A DNA stretch of 64,000 nucleotides from a virus (Duplodnaviria; Caudoviricetes). The stretch lies in the IMG/VR virus record IMGVR_UViG_2885593961_000002, positions 1-64,000 of that record; one strand, given 5' to 3'. The number at the start of each line of letters is the position of its first letter. Position 1 is the stretch's first letter. Under the pieces are notes generated by a model. It did not search any database. It was not told the origin of the DNA and worked only from the letters and a program-made list of their open reading frames with translations. The position numbers and the translations under genes were made by a program. Below, piece after piece: positions 18,976 through 28,481 of the stretch.

Positions 18976-19700
18976 GCTCCCCTCCCTCGGGCGATGGGAA
19001 GATCGGAAAGCATGTCCTCGCGGCGCGCGTAGCGCCGCAAGACAGCCACACCGAGGCTTTCCAAGGGCAACGACACTATCAGCCCCTCCTCACCGGCAAG
19101 CAGCGCCGTCTTGAGCCGCTGCGCAGGCTTACGAGCCACTACGTCGTACGTGCCGGTGATGATCACCCGGCGTGGCATGTACACCGATTGGTCGATGATC
19201 GTGTCGACGACCCGCTGGTGCTTCGGGTTCGCCTGCGTCAGCACCAGCGGCTGGACGTTGGTGCGTTCCAGTTCCGCGGCGATGTCGTTCGGCGAGAAGT
19301 GCCAGATTGGCCTCACGATCGGCTGGATCGGGCTGCTCATGCGCGAGAGCGTGAGCAGCGTCAGCGTCATCTCGTCGTTCGTGTCCTCCATCACGAATAC
19401 CCCGGCCTCACCATCTGCCTTCGGAATCGGCAGCATGACCTTGACCAACGGGTCCCTTGCCAGCGCCTGAAATTGCCTCCAATGCGTTGGGTCCGGAACT
19501 GCCGCGCTCACGGGGAAAAGGTGGTTGCAAGCAAGCCTGCGCGCCGGCACCACCGCAAAGGGTGATGGTGCCTTCAGCGACAGGAAGTTCGATGCGTTGC
19601 GCCCTTGGTGCAGGTACGCAACGCCTTCAGCGTTCCAGTGAATTCCGTACGTCCGTACTTCGATCTTGTGGTCGCCTTCCTCGTAATGGTGATCCTTCAT
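18972..19700 (-). CDS. Hypothetical protein
   Basis: 242 aa, coupled to neighbours. Confidence 0.7.
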   Translation of the reverse strand: MKDHHYEEGDHKIEVRTYGIHWNAEGVAYLHQGRNASNFLSLKAPSPFAVVPARRLACNHLFPVSAAVPDPTHWRQFQALARDPLVKVMLPIPKADGEAGVFVMEDTNDEMTLTLLTLSRMSSPIQPIVRPIWHFSPNDIAAELERTNVQPLVLTQANPKHQRVVDTIIDQSVYMPRRVIITGTYDVVARKPAQRLKTALLAGEEGLIVSLPLESLGVAVLRRYARREDMLSDLPIARGRGA

Positions 19701-20101
19701 AGCCTTATCAATTCACCCACGTGCTTCTTCGTATACCCCGAGAGATCCATGAGATCGGTGAGCGTCACTTCGTAACGCCCTGTCTCGACGGCAGCGACCT
19801 TGTGCACGGTCCAACCGAGCCGTTCGGAAGCTTCCTTTCGGGTATGTTTGAGTTCGATCGCTCTGCTGAACGCGAGAGTTTCCCCAAGCCGCTCATGAGT
19901 GCGGCCAAGCGTACGTCTCACGGGTTGCCCCGGATGTTCAGCGTTCTCTACCTTCTTCCGCTGAGACGCCTTGACTCCTTTTGCCGCGATGATTGCCCTG
20001 ATCGACGGAACCGACAGGGCGAAATCACGCGCGAGAGCCGAGGCTGACTTGCCGTCGACGTAGAGATCCGCGATCTGTTGATCGCGTTCCTCCTTCGTCA
20101 T
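19697..20101 (-). CDS. Double-HTH DNA-binding regulator
   Basis: N-terminal HTH (SASALARDFALSVPSIRAII) and XRE-like HTH (TRKEASERLGWTVHKVAAVETG). Confidence 0.7.
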   Translation of the reverse strand: MTKEERDQQIADLYVDGKSASALARDFALSVPSIRAIIAAKGVKASQRKKVENAEHPGQPVRRTLGRTHERLGETLAFSRAIELKHTRKEASERLGWTVHKVAAVETGRYEVTLTDLMDLSGYTKKHVGELIRL

Positions 20102-20109
20102 CGCAAGGC

Positions 20110-20337
20110 TCAGACTTTCGTGTAGGGGAAACGAGTGGGATGCTTCTTGATGAGGCCGCTGAAGGCCGAGCCAAACGAATCGGCCGCGACCAGCTGGCCG
20201 ACGAGTTCTTTCGGGACGTTGCTGTACTGATACTCCTCACCGTTCTTGACGAAAACGATGTTGAGCTGCTGATTTTTTTCGTTATAGGCAAATGCGGAGA
20301 TCTGCGACGAGGTCACAGACGTGTAGCCAGATTTCAT
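20110..20337 (-). CDS. KTSC domain protein
   Basis: SSQISAFAYN...L.IVF..NG..YQYSNVP...LVAADSFGSAF...IK pattern. Confidence 0.85.
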   Translation of the reverse strand: MKSGYTSVTSSQISAFAYNEKNQQLNIVFVKNGEEYQYSNVPKELVGQLVAADSFGSAFSGLIKKHPTRFPYTKV

Positions 20338-20452
20338 GTTTCGATCTCTTATAGATTGAAGGTTGCTGTTCAGGTGGTGGTGGCACCCGCTCTACTACGA
20401 AGAGCCTTTACGGGACGCGTGGTGGTGACACGCTTACCGTGCGGCTTTACTA

Positions 20453-20716
20453 CTAACCTGCGTACAACACGACTTCTTCAGGCACTTCGATCGCGACCGG
20501 GGGTTGGCCGATGCCGAACACCGTCAGCTTGATCATCGCGCCGTTGCGCAGCTTCTCGACATCTTGCTGACTCGGTTGCCAATATGACATCCAGACGTTC
20601 TGCTCGTTATCGCGGACGACCGGAAGTGATATGCACTTTCCGTCGCGTTCCTCGTTCCAGTTCGCGGGCCGGCCTAGATCGTGAGTCGTGCGGGCTGTCT
20701 TGACCGGAATCATCAC
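20453..20716 (-). CDS. Hypothetical phage protein
   Basis: Coupled ORF, 87 aa. Confidence 0.65.
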   Translation of the reverse strand: MMIPVKTARTTHDLGRPANWNEERDGKCISLPVVRDNEQNVWMSYWQPSQQDVEKLRNGAMIKLTVFGIGQPPVAIEVPEEVVLYAG

Positions 20717-20922
20717 GTTGCAGCCCTCCAGCCGTCACGCCAAAAGGTCCAGTAGCGGTGAACTTCCGAGTTGAGATAGCCATCGTCCTGCGGATCACGT
20801 TCGAGCGACAGTCCTTCGAGCCATTCGTGCTGCTCGAACTCACGGCGCATCCGGTCGTTCTCAGCGGCCTCGTGTGCAGCAGCGGCAATCGCGAGATTGC
20901 GTGCCAGCGGTGATTGACTCAT
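20713..20922 (-). CDS. Hypothetical protein
   Basis: ATGA overlaps on both sides. Confidence 0.6.
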   Translation of the reverse strand: MSQSPLARNLAIAAAAHEAAENDRMRREFEQHEWLEGLSLERDPQDDGYLNSEVHRYWTFWRDGWRAAT

Positions 20923-21188
20923 GCCGTCACCTTCGTGCGTCGGAGTTCATCACGCAGACGCTTCAGGCGTGCAATCTGCTGCTTGCTCAAGAGACCTGAG
21001 CTGATTGTGTTTTTGACTGCCGAGAACCACGTGTCGCGAGAAATCGGCGACTCGTTCCCTTGACTGTCGGCGACGTTGACGTTTGCGAATTTCCGGAGAG
21101 CTTCCCCGGTCTTGATCAGGGCGTCGACTGCTTTCGGTACATCGGCCAGTGGGTGCGGTCTTGCCTCAGTGGTGGTGGTGAGGTTCAT
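20919..21188 (-). CDS. Hypothetical protein
   Basis: Start re-placed at MNLTTTT (ATGA overlap). Confidence 0.6.
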   Translation of the reverse strand: MNLTTTTEARPHPLADVPKAVDALIKTGEALRKFANVNVADSQGNESPISRDTWFSAVKNTISSGLLSKQQIARLKRLRDELRRTKVTA

Positions 21189-21484
21189 TCTGATTCCGTA
21201 CGGAAGATTCCAACTACAGCGGGCGACTCCATCGATTGCCCGAACCAGTATCCGAGATCGAGACGTGCGTTGACAAGGGCTTTTATCTCCTCCCACATCT
21301 CCAATCCCTCGTTCTGCCAAAACGGGTGATCCTGCATGCGTATCGCCTGCTTCAGCCCGTGTGGCAGGTACTTCTCCTTCAGGTCGACAAAGGCGTTGAT
21401 ATCGACCTTCAGGAGCACAACAAGCGCGACGTCAACGACATCGCGCATCTTGCCGCTCTCGGCGCGATAGGCGATGACTTCCAT
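21185..21484 (-). CDS. Hypothetical protein
   Basis: Abuts neighbours. Confidence 0.6.
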   Translation of the reverse strand: MEVIAYRAESGKMRDVVDVALVVLLKVDINAFVDLKEKYLPHGLKQAIRMQDHPFWQNEGLEMWEEIKALVNARLDLGYWFGQSMESPAVVGIFRTESE

Positions 21485-21700
21485 CTATCGCATCTCGATC
21501 TTCGCGCCGTCCGGTATGTAGCCCACCGGCAGGACAAAGTAGCCCTTGATGACACGAAGCTTTTCCAGCGTCTTCATGGTCCGAACCCAAGCGTCAAGCA
21601 CACGCTCGTGGGTGAAATACTTCGGCTCCATGTGGTTATCCAGGTGGTGGACCTGGATCACCTGCGGCGGATTCAACAAGGTGCCCTTTTCCGATGTCAC
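21485..21700 (-). CDS. Hypothetical protein
   Basis: AAGGAGG SD before GTG. Confidence 0.55.
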   Translation of the reverse strand: MTSEKGTLLNPPQVIQVHHLDNHMEPKYFTHERVLDAWVRTMKTLEKLRVIKGYFVLPVGYIPDGAKIEMR

Positions 21701-22235
21701 GTAGAACCTCCTTTATCAGATCGGGTTGAAAATCGACCATGTACGGGTGATTCATCACGTCCGCAAGGGATCGTGGCTGCGTTACCGCGAGCATGGACTC
21801 CAGCAGCTCGACACATGCCTGCTTCAGTACCGCCATCGCATCGGGATTGCCGCCTTCACTTTCTGTAAGCGTCGGCGGCCCGTTGTCGATGAAGCGCCAA
21901 TGTGTGTAGTTGCAACAAAGCGTGTTGCCGCACTCGTTCACGAGCCTGTATCGGTCGGACTTAGAGACTTCCGGCGTCGCCCACTCGTAGACGATCTTGT
22001 GCACGACTTTCCGCTTCCCTTTACCAACCTTCACAAGCCCGTACGAGGTCACGACCGTGGGCTGGTAGAAAGGAACCATATCGCTTGTTCGAACCATCTT
22101 CAAGCGCGGACCAGCTTTTGTTTTCGCCCCCTTCCACGGCCAGCAGACGTCGAGCTGGCCGAAGTTGTCGATGCGGTCCTTGATACGTGCAACCAGCACC
22201 GCCAGATCGGCCTTACTATCGACGGCCTCAGTCAT
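21636..22235 (-). CDS. His-Me finger (HNH-like) protein, probably degenerate
   Basis: CWPWKG...YG...VHKIVY...CGNTLCCNYTH resembles phage HNH_3; the canonical DH of the HNH motif is not evident. Confidence 0.55.
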   Translation of the reverse strand: MTEAVDSKADLAVLVARIKDRIDNFGQLDVCWPWKGAKTKAGPRLKMVRTSDMVPFYQPTVVTSYGLVKVGKGKRKVVHKIVYEWATPEVSKSDRYRLVNECGNTLCCNYTHWRFIDNGPPTLTESEGGNPDAMAVLKQACVELLESMLAVTQPRSLADVMNHPYMVDFQPDLIKEVLRDIGKGHLVESAAGDPGPPPG

Positions 22236-23130
22236 AGTCAGGGCAACCGTCAGCGATGTATATCGATGCCTTGCCGATCATCTTCTTCGCGTCGCTGATG
22301 ATCTGCTTGTTCACACTCCACGCACCGTGATCGATAACAGCATCGATATGTGACGACACGAGCTGGTCAAGATACTGCGGTGGCAAAGCATCAAGTTCCC
22401 AGCTGGATTCGCCGTACTGGTCGAGATAGGACTTGAACCGAGCATCCGTGGACTTCGCCGGGTTCTCGGGCGGGTTCAGTTCCTCGACTTGAGCCATATT
22501 GAGCGCGATGCGCTTCAGCTCAAACGAGTGCCCGCCGAACATCCGGAGGCGTTCGAGCAAATCGCGCGTCATATCGATCCCACTCGGGTCGTGATCGCCG
22601 AGATGCAGAATGAGACCGCGTTGACCTTCACGCATACTTGGGATGATGTCGCTCAACGCGAACTCGCGCAACACCGTCGACGACGGGTAGCCACGCGCGG
22701 CGAGCAGCGGGGTATCGTAACGATGGCACACACGTTCGAGCACCCCGACGAGAGCTTCTTTCTCGACGATGACGAATACGCGGCGAGATTGACCGATCCA
22801 GAGGTCCTGATGGTACTGGTCCGCGCATGCGTCGATGATCGACGTCGGGGACGTCCAGCGCGAACGGCGAATGAACGCACGCGTTCGATCTTCGAGCATG
22901 TCCCAGTCGATCAGGCCCGCGAGCTTTCCGTCGTTGATGATTGACGCCGCGCGCTTGTACTCCTGCAAATTGTTGGGAATGATGTCGCGAGCGACGAGCT
23001 GGTAATACAGCTGACGCGTGGTCAAGACGTACCCTTGGTTCTGATATTCGCGAACGATGTCGTTGATGATTCCGATCAGTTCGAGGGTAGACGGTTTAAA
23101 CCGCTTCTCCTCATACTTTTGAGTGGCCAT
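22228..23130 (-). CDS. Topoisomerase VI subunit A/Spo11-like protein (WHD tyrosine + Toprim)
   Basis: TTRQLYYQLV, VIVEKEAL, ARGYPS, LGDHDPSG. Confidence 0.7.
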   Translation of the reverse strand: MATQKYEEKRFKPSTLELIGIINDIVREYQNQGYVLTTRQLYYQLVARDIIPNNLQEYKRAASIINDGKLAGLIDWDMLEDRTRAFIRRSRWTSPTSIIDACADQYHQDLWIGQSRRVFVIVEKEALVGVLERVCHRYDTPLLAARGYPSSTVLREFALSDIIPSMREGQRGLILHLGDHDPSGIDMTRDLLERLRMFGGHSFELKRIALNMAQVEELNPPENPAKSTDARFKSYLDQYGESSWELDALPPQYLDQLVSSHIDAVIDHGAWSVNKQIISDAKKMIGKASIYIADGCPDYD

Positions 23131-23213
23131 GCTTTCTCTCGAAAATGTCGAAATAAAAGCCGCATGGCTCAAACCATGCGGCTTCAGTTCGATGAACTAC
23201 TACGCTTCAGCGA

Positions 23214-23624
23214 TTACTGCGACTTCAGCAGCGTCGGTTGGAGCTTGTAGTGCTTCGAGAGGTACGTCAGGATCGCGTCGCCGTGCTCCGCGAGGTTGGC
23301 CAGCAGCTGCTCTTCGGTCGCTGCGACCGGCAGAGCGTAACCTTCGGTGATCACGGTGCCGTCCGCGCCCTTCACCGCCTCGATGTGAACCGGCTTCACG
23401 CCGTGCAGCATGAGGCCAGCGATCTTCTTCAGCGACGTGGTACGCTCGGCGACGAACGCTTCACGGGCCTTCTGCTGCTCCTGGAAACGGGCTTCGTCCG
23501 CGGCCGACCAGTTCGATGCAGCCTTCGGAGCGCCGCGCAGAGCGCGCGGGGACTTGCCGTCGTTGCCGCCCTTGTTCTTCTTCGGAGCAGCGGAGTTCTT
23601 GGTCGTGGTGGTGGTGGGTTCCAT
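23214..23624 (-). CDS. Hypothetical protein
   Basis: AAGGA SD; starts MEPTTTTT. Confidence 0.65.
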   Translation of the reverse strand: MEPTTTTTKNSAAPKKNKGGNDGKSPRALRGAPKAASNWSAADEARFQEQQKAREAFVAERTTSLKKIAGLMLHGVKPVHIEAVKGADGTVITEGYALPVAATEEQLLANLAEHGDAILTYLSKHYKLQPTLLKSQ

Positions 23625-23685
23625 CTTCAATTCCTTCAGGGTTTGTTTTGGTTGAGAGAAGTGATCAGCCTGCCAGGTCGGCCAA

Positions 23686-24066
23686 TCAGGTACGGCCTCT
23701 CATCGACACGGGTAGCAATCCCGCAGCAATGAGATGGTTCAGGACGACAGCCGGCGTGGAGACCGGGAACGTCCTGACACATTCGCTGAGACCCAGTGCG
23801 ATGGCATCGATGGCCTTTTTACGCACGGTCGCAGCTTCAGCTTCGCTGGGTCGCGGGAGGTAAGGCACGAGCGCGCGGCAGATCTGCTCGGCCCGCTCAA
23901 TCAGCCCGTCCGTGATGTCGGTCTCGCTGATGTCGCGATAAGCAAACGTGCTCACGACGGCTTCGACAGACGCCCGCTGATGGGCCTCTACTTCTTCCTT
24001 GCGCGATGCCAGTTCGCGCAGCAGACGCTCGTCGTCGTCCGTCCAGGTTGTGGTGGTGGTGGTCAT
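23686..24066 (-). CDS. Hypothetical protein
   Basis: Starts MTTTTTT. Confidence 0.65.
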   Translation of the reverse strand: MTTTTTTWTDDDERLLRELASRKEEVEAHQRASVEAVVSTFAYRDISETDITDGLIERAEQICRALVPYLPRPSEAEAATVRKKAIDAIALGLSECVRTFPVSTPAVVLNHLIAAGLLPVSMRGRT

Positions 24067-24125
24067 GTCTCAATCCGCGACACAACGACAAGGGCCAGCT
24101 TATCGGTGCATCGGTGTACTTGTCT

Positions 24126-24359
24126 TTACAGGTGACGGTTGTCCGAGATCTCGTTGTTGAAGGCGCGGCCTCGCGCGGTGTTGCCACGCAATGCGAAGGC
24201 ATCCTTCTCGTTCTCGAACTTCTTACCGATGTACTGGCGCAGCTCGACGCCATCCCAATCGGCCGGCATGTGCTCGATGCGCTTCATCACGTCATCCTGC
24301 ACATTCTTGATGAGGTCTTTCACGAACTTTCGTTTCTGTGCTGCCGTTTGCAATGCCAT
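24126..24359 (-). CDS. Hypothetical protein
   Basis: AAAGGTG SD; 77 aa. Confidence 0.65.
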   Translation of the reverse strand: MALQTAAQKRKFVKDLIKNVQDDVMKRIEHMPADWDGVELRQYIGKKFENEKDAFALRGNTARGRAFNNEISDNRHL

Positions 24360-24521
24360 CTTGCTATCACCTTTGGATCGCTAGATCATACATTAGATGA
24401 TCGTCATTTTGTTGAAATATTAACCGTGCAGTTTGCTAAAACCGGTCATCCCGGCATTACCTACTGTGTCGGCTGATGGAGATGCCATTCTATTGAAGAA
24501 ACGCGCCTCGTTCCATCTTGA

Positions 24522-25232
24522 CTATACGATAGTCGGCACATCCCGTTCGGCCCAATGCCGACGCTCGACCTCCTCCCTTCTATTCGCTTCTTGTGAAGTT
24601 TTCACCTGAAAAATCAGGCTTTTTGCGCATTCGAGAGCGACTGTCACGTGGTAGTTCTTGTACGATTCGACGCCACCGACGCTGTCGCTGAAGCGCTCAT
24701 CTTCAACGAGTTCCCCTTCATCGTTTTGACGGAGGAGAACCACCTTGACCCACGTGTATTCCCATTGGTCATTACACCATTGGCGCAGGAATTCGAAATC
24801 GCGGCGAACGGCTTCTGCGCGAATTTCACCACTCGTTAAACGTTTGCTGGGATCTCTTCCAGGCGTTTCCACTGTTTCCCACTCAAGGCGAGGTACGCGC
24901 AGACCATTGACGACGTGATATTGGGCACGCTTTACACGACGCACGCGTTTTCCAGATAGCCGTTTGATCAATTCGGCTTGGTCTTCCTCGCTCAAACCCC
25001 ATCCTTCATCCTTGGCGATCTGGTTGGATGCCGAGATGTCGTAATAGCGTCGCGAGGCACGATCGGATGCCAGCAAGACTTCGCCGGGCCGCTTGTCACG
25101 ACGCGTCCAGTCCGACACCACGCCGTGGCCGTCATGGTGACTCCACGGCTCGCCGATATCGTCGTCTCGTTCGAACTGAGCCTTGAAGCTATATCCTTCA
25201 AGCTCGAAAGTTTCCCCGTTGTACAGGTGCAT
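24522..25232 (-). CDS. Hypothetical phage protein
   Basis: 236 aa, lower GC. Confidence 0.65.
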   Translation of the reverse strand: MHLYNGETFELEGYSFKAQFERDDDIGEPWSHHDGHGVVSDWTRRDKRPGEVLLASDRASRRYYDISASNQIAKDEGWGLSEEDQAELIKRLSGKRVRRVKRAQYHVVNGLRVPRLEWETVETPGRDPSKRLTSGEIRAEAVRRDFEFLRQWCNDQWEYTWVKVVLLRQNDEGELVEDERFSDSVGGVESYKNYHVTVALECAKSLIFQVKTSQEANRREEVERRHWAERDVPTIV

Positions 25233-25239
25233 GGTGTAC

Positions 25240-25554
25240 CTACTTTGTGATCCCTGTTGCCTTTAACGCCTTCGGCCACCAGCGGCGCGCTCGGTCGTTA
25301 GCAGGATGCAGGGAGATGTTGCGGAAGGAGCCGTCGCGAAGATCGCGCTCCCCGTGAGAAGTGATCCAACCTGGGTTCGATGACGGGTAGTCGCTCGGTT
25401 CAGCCCCCGCATATTCGAAGCAGAGTAGGCGAACCAGCTCCTTGAACGTGTATGAAACGTCCTGCCAGTCGAAGCCCGTCTCGTCGACATCGCCCTGTTC
25501 AGCACTCTCGTCCGTGATGACCGCATAGGTCTGGTGGAATTTCATTGGTGTCAT
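25240..25554 (-). CDS. Hypothetical protein
   Basis: ATGA-coupled. Confidence 0.6.
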   Translation of the reverse strand: MTPMKFHQTYAVITDESAEQGDVDETGFDWQDVSYTFKELVRLLCFEYAGAEPSDYPSSNPGWITSHGERDLRDGSFRNISLHPANDRARRWWPKALKATGITK

Positions 25555-25715
25555 ACGATGATCCTTGCCATTGCGCGGACGTCTGCATCCGACATGTCAT
25601 GAAGCTGCTGCGTGACGAGGGAACGAAACGATTCCTCGAAACCCACCTTGCGTGCACGCTCAACGGTCGCCGCTACGAGGTACGTCCGCAAAACTTGCGT
25701 ATCAGACATGAACAT
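25551..25715 (-). CDS. 54-aa hypothetical protein (not in supplied ORF track)
   Basis: AAAAGGATC leader; MFMSDTQVL...ARIIV*; TGA overlaps the next ATG. Confidence 0.6.
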   Translation of the reverse strand: MFMSDTQVLRTYLVAATVERARKVGFEESFRSLVTQQLHDMSDADVRAMARIIV

Positions 25716-25747
25716 GTACAGATCCTTTTGTGCTGAATTGAGAAAAT

Positions 25748-25774
25748 AAAAAAGCCCACCGAGTGGCGGGCTTT
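25748..25774 (-). terminator. Intrinsic terminator
   Basis: AAAGCCCGCC-ACTC-GGTGGGCTTT plus U tract. Confidence 0.75.
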
Positions 25775-25801
25775 GAACATGGTTTCGCGACTAGACGTCG
25801 C

Positions 25802-26215
25802 TCATTCAAGGGCAGGTTGCAACAACACCCCGCTCGCAGAATCGAGGCGGTATGTTCTGTATCGACTTGGAACGTTGATCAGGATGGACTGTGGCTCAAC
25901 ACTTGTCCACACGCCATTACGCGCCGAAAGCATGTGCTCGCCAGTGGGGAGGAATAGATCGACGCGCTCATCGGTCGCCATTGATGCGATCTTCACACCA
26001 TCGGCCAACAGTTCGTAGCGCGCACCCCCACCCGAGATAAACGAGCCCCCAGTGCGTATAACCGTGATCTTCTGCGCACCTTCCACCGGTTGCGCATACT
26101 TCGTCGAATAGATCCTGTCCGCAGGAACGTCCTTTGCCTGCTCAAATGGAAGAGTTCTAGACGCACACGCCGTCAAACACCCCGTAAGAGCCATGCAGAG
26201 AATCACCTTGTTCAC
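25802..26215 (-). CDS. Lipoprotein (moron-like)
   Basis: MNK-hydrophobic stretch-LTAC lipobox; lower GC; followed by a terminator. Confidence 0.75.
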   Translation of the reverse strand: MNKVILCMALTGCLTACASRTLPFEQAKDVPADRIYSTKYAQPVEGAQKITVIRTGGSFISGGGARYELLADGVKIASMATDERVDLFLPTGEHMLSARNGVWTSVEPQSILINVPSRYRTYRLDSASGVLLQPALE

Positions 26216-26259
26216 TTCCGCCCTCTTTGTCTATAAAAGGACTAGAAGTATGCCCTACC

Positions 26260-27018
26260 TCAGTCGAGGAGGTCGCGCGCAATCTGGTGGATGACGCCAT
26301 CCATGTAGATGACTTGCCCGGTTGTGCAGCGTCCCCAAACGATCAGACCGCAAATATCGCGATTGACCATCTCACCCTGCTCTTCGAGTTTGCTCGCCAG
26401 CCAACCGGAGACGATCCAGTGCTCGTAGGCTTCGCGTGTGTGCGGGCTGATACTGTTCGATTCGCATGCCGCGCGCCACGCTTCTTGTTCGTCGTTGTAC
26501 CAGTCGTCGACGTAGTGCTTATTGAGGTAGGAGGTCAATACCGCATGTTCGGTATCTGCCTCGAAGAACATGCCATCGGTCTCACCGCCGTCGTCGCGAG
26601 CCTTCGCGGTCGCGATGATTGCGCTGATCTTCGCCTGATCGGGCGCATCCAGTTCTTTGATCTCGTCGACCGCTTCTTCCGGAAGGACATAGAACTTCCC
26701 GGCGTGTTCGAAGTAACCGAGGTTGTCGAGAGTGAGATTCCCCTTCACATCGTCTTCCGGCTGAAGTGCGACGTACTCTCCATATTCGTTCTCGAACAGC
26801 ACGTAGTCTTCGTCTTCAGCTGCGGACTTATAGTCGTCCTGCACGCAGATGCCGATCAGTTCATCTTGATCGATACTTACCTCACGCAGTAGGCCGGGGT
26901 CGGCACCAGCGACGAGCGTGCTGAGGTCGCTGATTAACATGCTGACACACGCATGCACTTCTTCGCGGACGAGCTGGCGCGCGCGCTCGTCGAGCGCGGA
27001 CTTGTCAATATTGGTCAT
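26260..27018 (-). CDS. Acidic hypothetical phage protein
   Basis: 252 aa. Confidence 0.7.
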   Translation of the reverse strand: MTNIDKSALDERARQLVREEVHACVSMLISDLSTLVAGADPGLLREVSIDQDELIGICVQDDYKSAAEDEDYVLFENEYGEYVALQPEDDVKGNLTLDNLGYFEHAGKFYVLPEEAVDEIKELDAPDQAKISAIIATAKARDDGGETDGMFFEADTEHAVLTSYLNKHYVDDWYNDEQEAWRAACESNSISPHTREAYEHWIVSGWLASKLEEQGEMVNRDICGLIVWGRCTTGQVIYMDGVIHQIARDLLD

Positions 27019-27092
27019 CGTTGTGGTGGTGGATTGTTAGCGTTTCGGTGAACGAGGGTCGTGGCCAGACGCGCCTCGTTCAACTTGAACTT

Positions 27093-27323
27093 TCAAATGG
27101 CAGCTGCCATCGACGCTTGCGCTTCGCGCTGGTATTGGCGATCGTCCTCAGAGACATGTGCCGCCAAGCGTGTTTCGCGTGCTTCGAGCTTCGCGACTTC
27201 CGCCTGGAAATGTTCCAGTGCGCCGCGCGCTTCGAGCAGCGCGAGGCGCGTCATGCGCAATTGGTTCTTCGCTTCCTTAGCAGGCGACTTTCCCGTGAAC
27301 ATCGTGATGATTGCACTCAACAT
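27093..27323 (-). CDS. Small coiled-coil hypothetical protein
   Basis: GAGGT SD before MLSAII. Confidence 0.6.
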   Translation of the reverse strand: MLSAIITMFTGKSPAKEAKNQLRMTRLALLEARGALEHFQAEVAKLEARETRLAAHVSEDDRQYQREAQASMAAAI

Positions 27324-27345
27324 GGTGGTTACCTCGGTGTGGTGG

Positions 27346-27618
27346 TTATGCTTTCCGCTCGATACAGAGGAGGTAGCGAATCTCCCCAACGCGCGTTGCC
27401 ATAACTGCTGTGAAAAGGTTTGTACTGAACTTCGAGTCGCGCATTTCCGCCGGCCTGCGGCTGGCAGGGGTATTGATGGTCCGCATCAACTGCGGATAGC
27501 CCTCAACAGTCGTCTCTATGTAGTGCCGTTCGCCTACTTCCATCATGGATAGCATTTCGTTCCATGATCCGGCTCTTACTCCGTAGGACTTTCGAGGACT
27601 AACGTCCGTCTTTTTCAT
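27346..27618 (-). CDS. Hypothetical protein
   Basis: Coupled ORF. Confidence 0.6.
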   Translation of the reverse strand: MKKTDVSPRKSYGVRAGSWNEMLSMMEVGERHYIETTVEGYPQLMRTINTPASRRPAEMRDSKFSTNLFTAVMATRVGEIRYLLCIERKA

Positions 27619-27621
27619 CTT

Positions 27622-28299
27622 CTACCCCTGGTGAATCAATCCGTCGTCACCGATGTATAGCTCTCGGCTTCCCGCCTGACGTGCTGCGTCGGATAGCTGG
27701 TCACGCAAGTCGCGCGGTAGTTGGCGGCGATCCCAATAGCCAGCACCGTGGCCAGCTCGCGTGAGCCAGAAATCATGCCCCGCCTCGACCGCCTTGTAGC
27801 CGTTGCAATCAATTGCACGACGCAACTGCGGCTCGGCGAAGTCACAGAAATTCTTGCAGTCTTCGCGGAACTTCGTTTTCGCCTCTTCGTGCAGTTCGTA
27901 GCCATCGTCGAGATGCACCGTCTCCTCCTCCCCCTCTTCGTTCTTAATCGTGTCGATGCTCGACCACAGTGCGGCTTCTTCGTAGCCTGCCAAGAATTCT
28001 TCAAACCAGCGTTCGCGCGGTGTTTCGATGATTTCCGCGTTTGGATACAGCTCACGAACGTCTTCCAGTACCTCCCAGCGGTCTTTGCTGCGCAGGAAGA
28101 ATTCCACATCCCCATCGGGTTCGATAGCCCGCCACAGCGGCTCCCCCGCTCCCCAGTACGCCCCACCTTCGTCGTAGGCGCCGTCGACAAAGGGACAGTG
28201 GTGGACGACAAGTTTTATGGCAGCATCGTGGTCACCGTGGTGCGCGAGCCGGCCCATTGGAGCGCCGCGCGAGCCGTCCAGTTGCGACAGTGGTCTCAT
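27622..28299 (-). CDS. Hypothetical phage protein (GHDFWLTRAGHGAGYWDR motif)
   Basis: 225 aa. Confidence 0.7.
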   Translation of the reverse strand: MRPLSQLDGSRGAPMGRLAHHGDHDAAIKLVVHHCPFVDGAYDEGGAYWGAGEPLWRAIEPDGDVEFFLRSKDRWEVLEDVRELYPNAEIIETPRERWFEEFLAGYEEAALWSSIDTIKNEEGEEETVHLDDGYELHEEAKTKFREDCKNFCDFAEPQLRRAIDCNGYKAVEAGHDFWLTRAGHGAGYWDRRQLPRDLRDQLSDAARQAGSRELYIGDDGLIHQG

Positions 28300-28481
28300 A
28301 TTGGCTTCGTCCCCAGTTCGCGCTTACAGAGGCGCGTCATTGCGTTCATGAAGTCGGTCACCGAGTCCCGCTCCGTGACCTCTTTCGCGATCTCCGTGAC
28401 GACGCCAAGTTCGACAGCGCGGTGCATGGCGTCACGTAGTTCGATCAGCGAGGTGAACTGGGCCGCAGTTAGCATCTTCAT
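28296..28481 (-). CDS. Hypothetical protein
   Basis: ATGA-coupled. Confidence 0.55.
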   Translation of the reverse strand: MKMLTAAQFTSLIELRDAMHRAVELGVVTEIAKEVTERDSVTDFMNAMTRLCKRELGTKPI

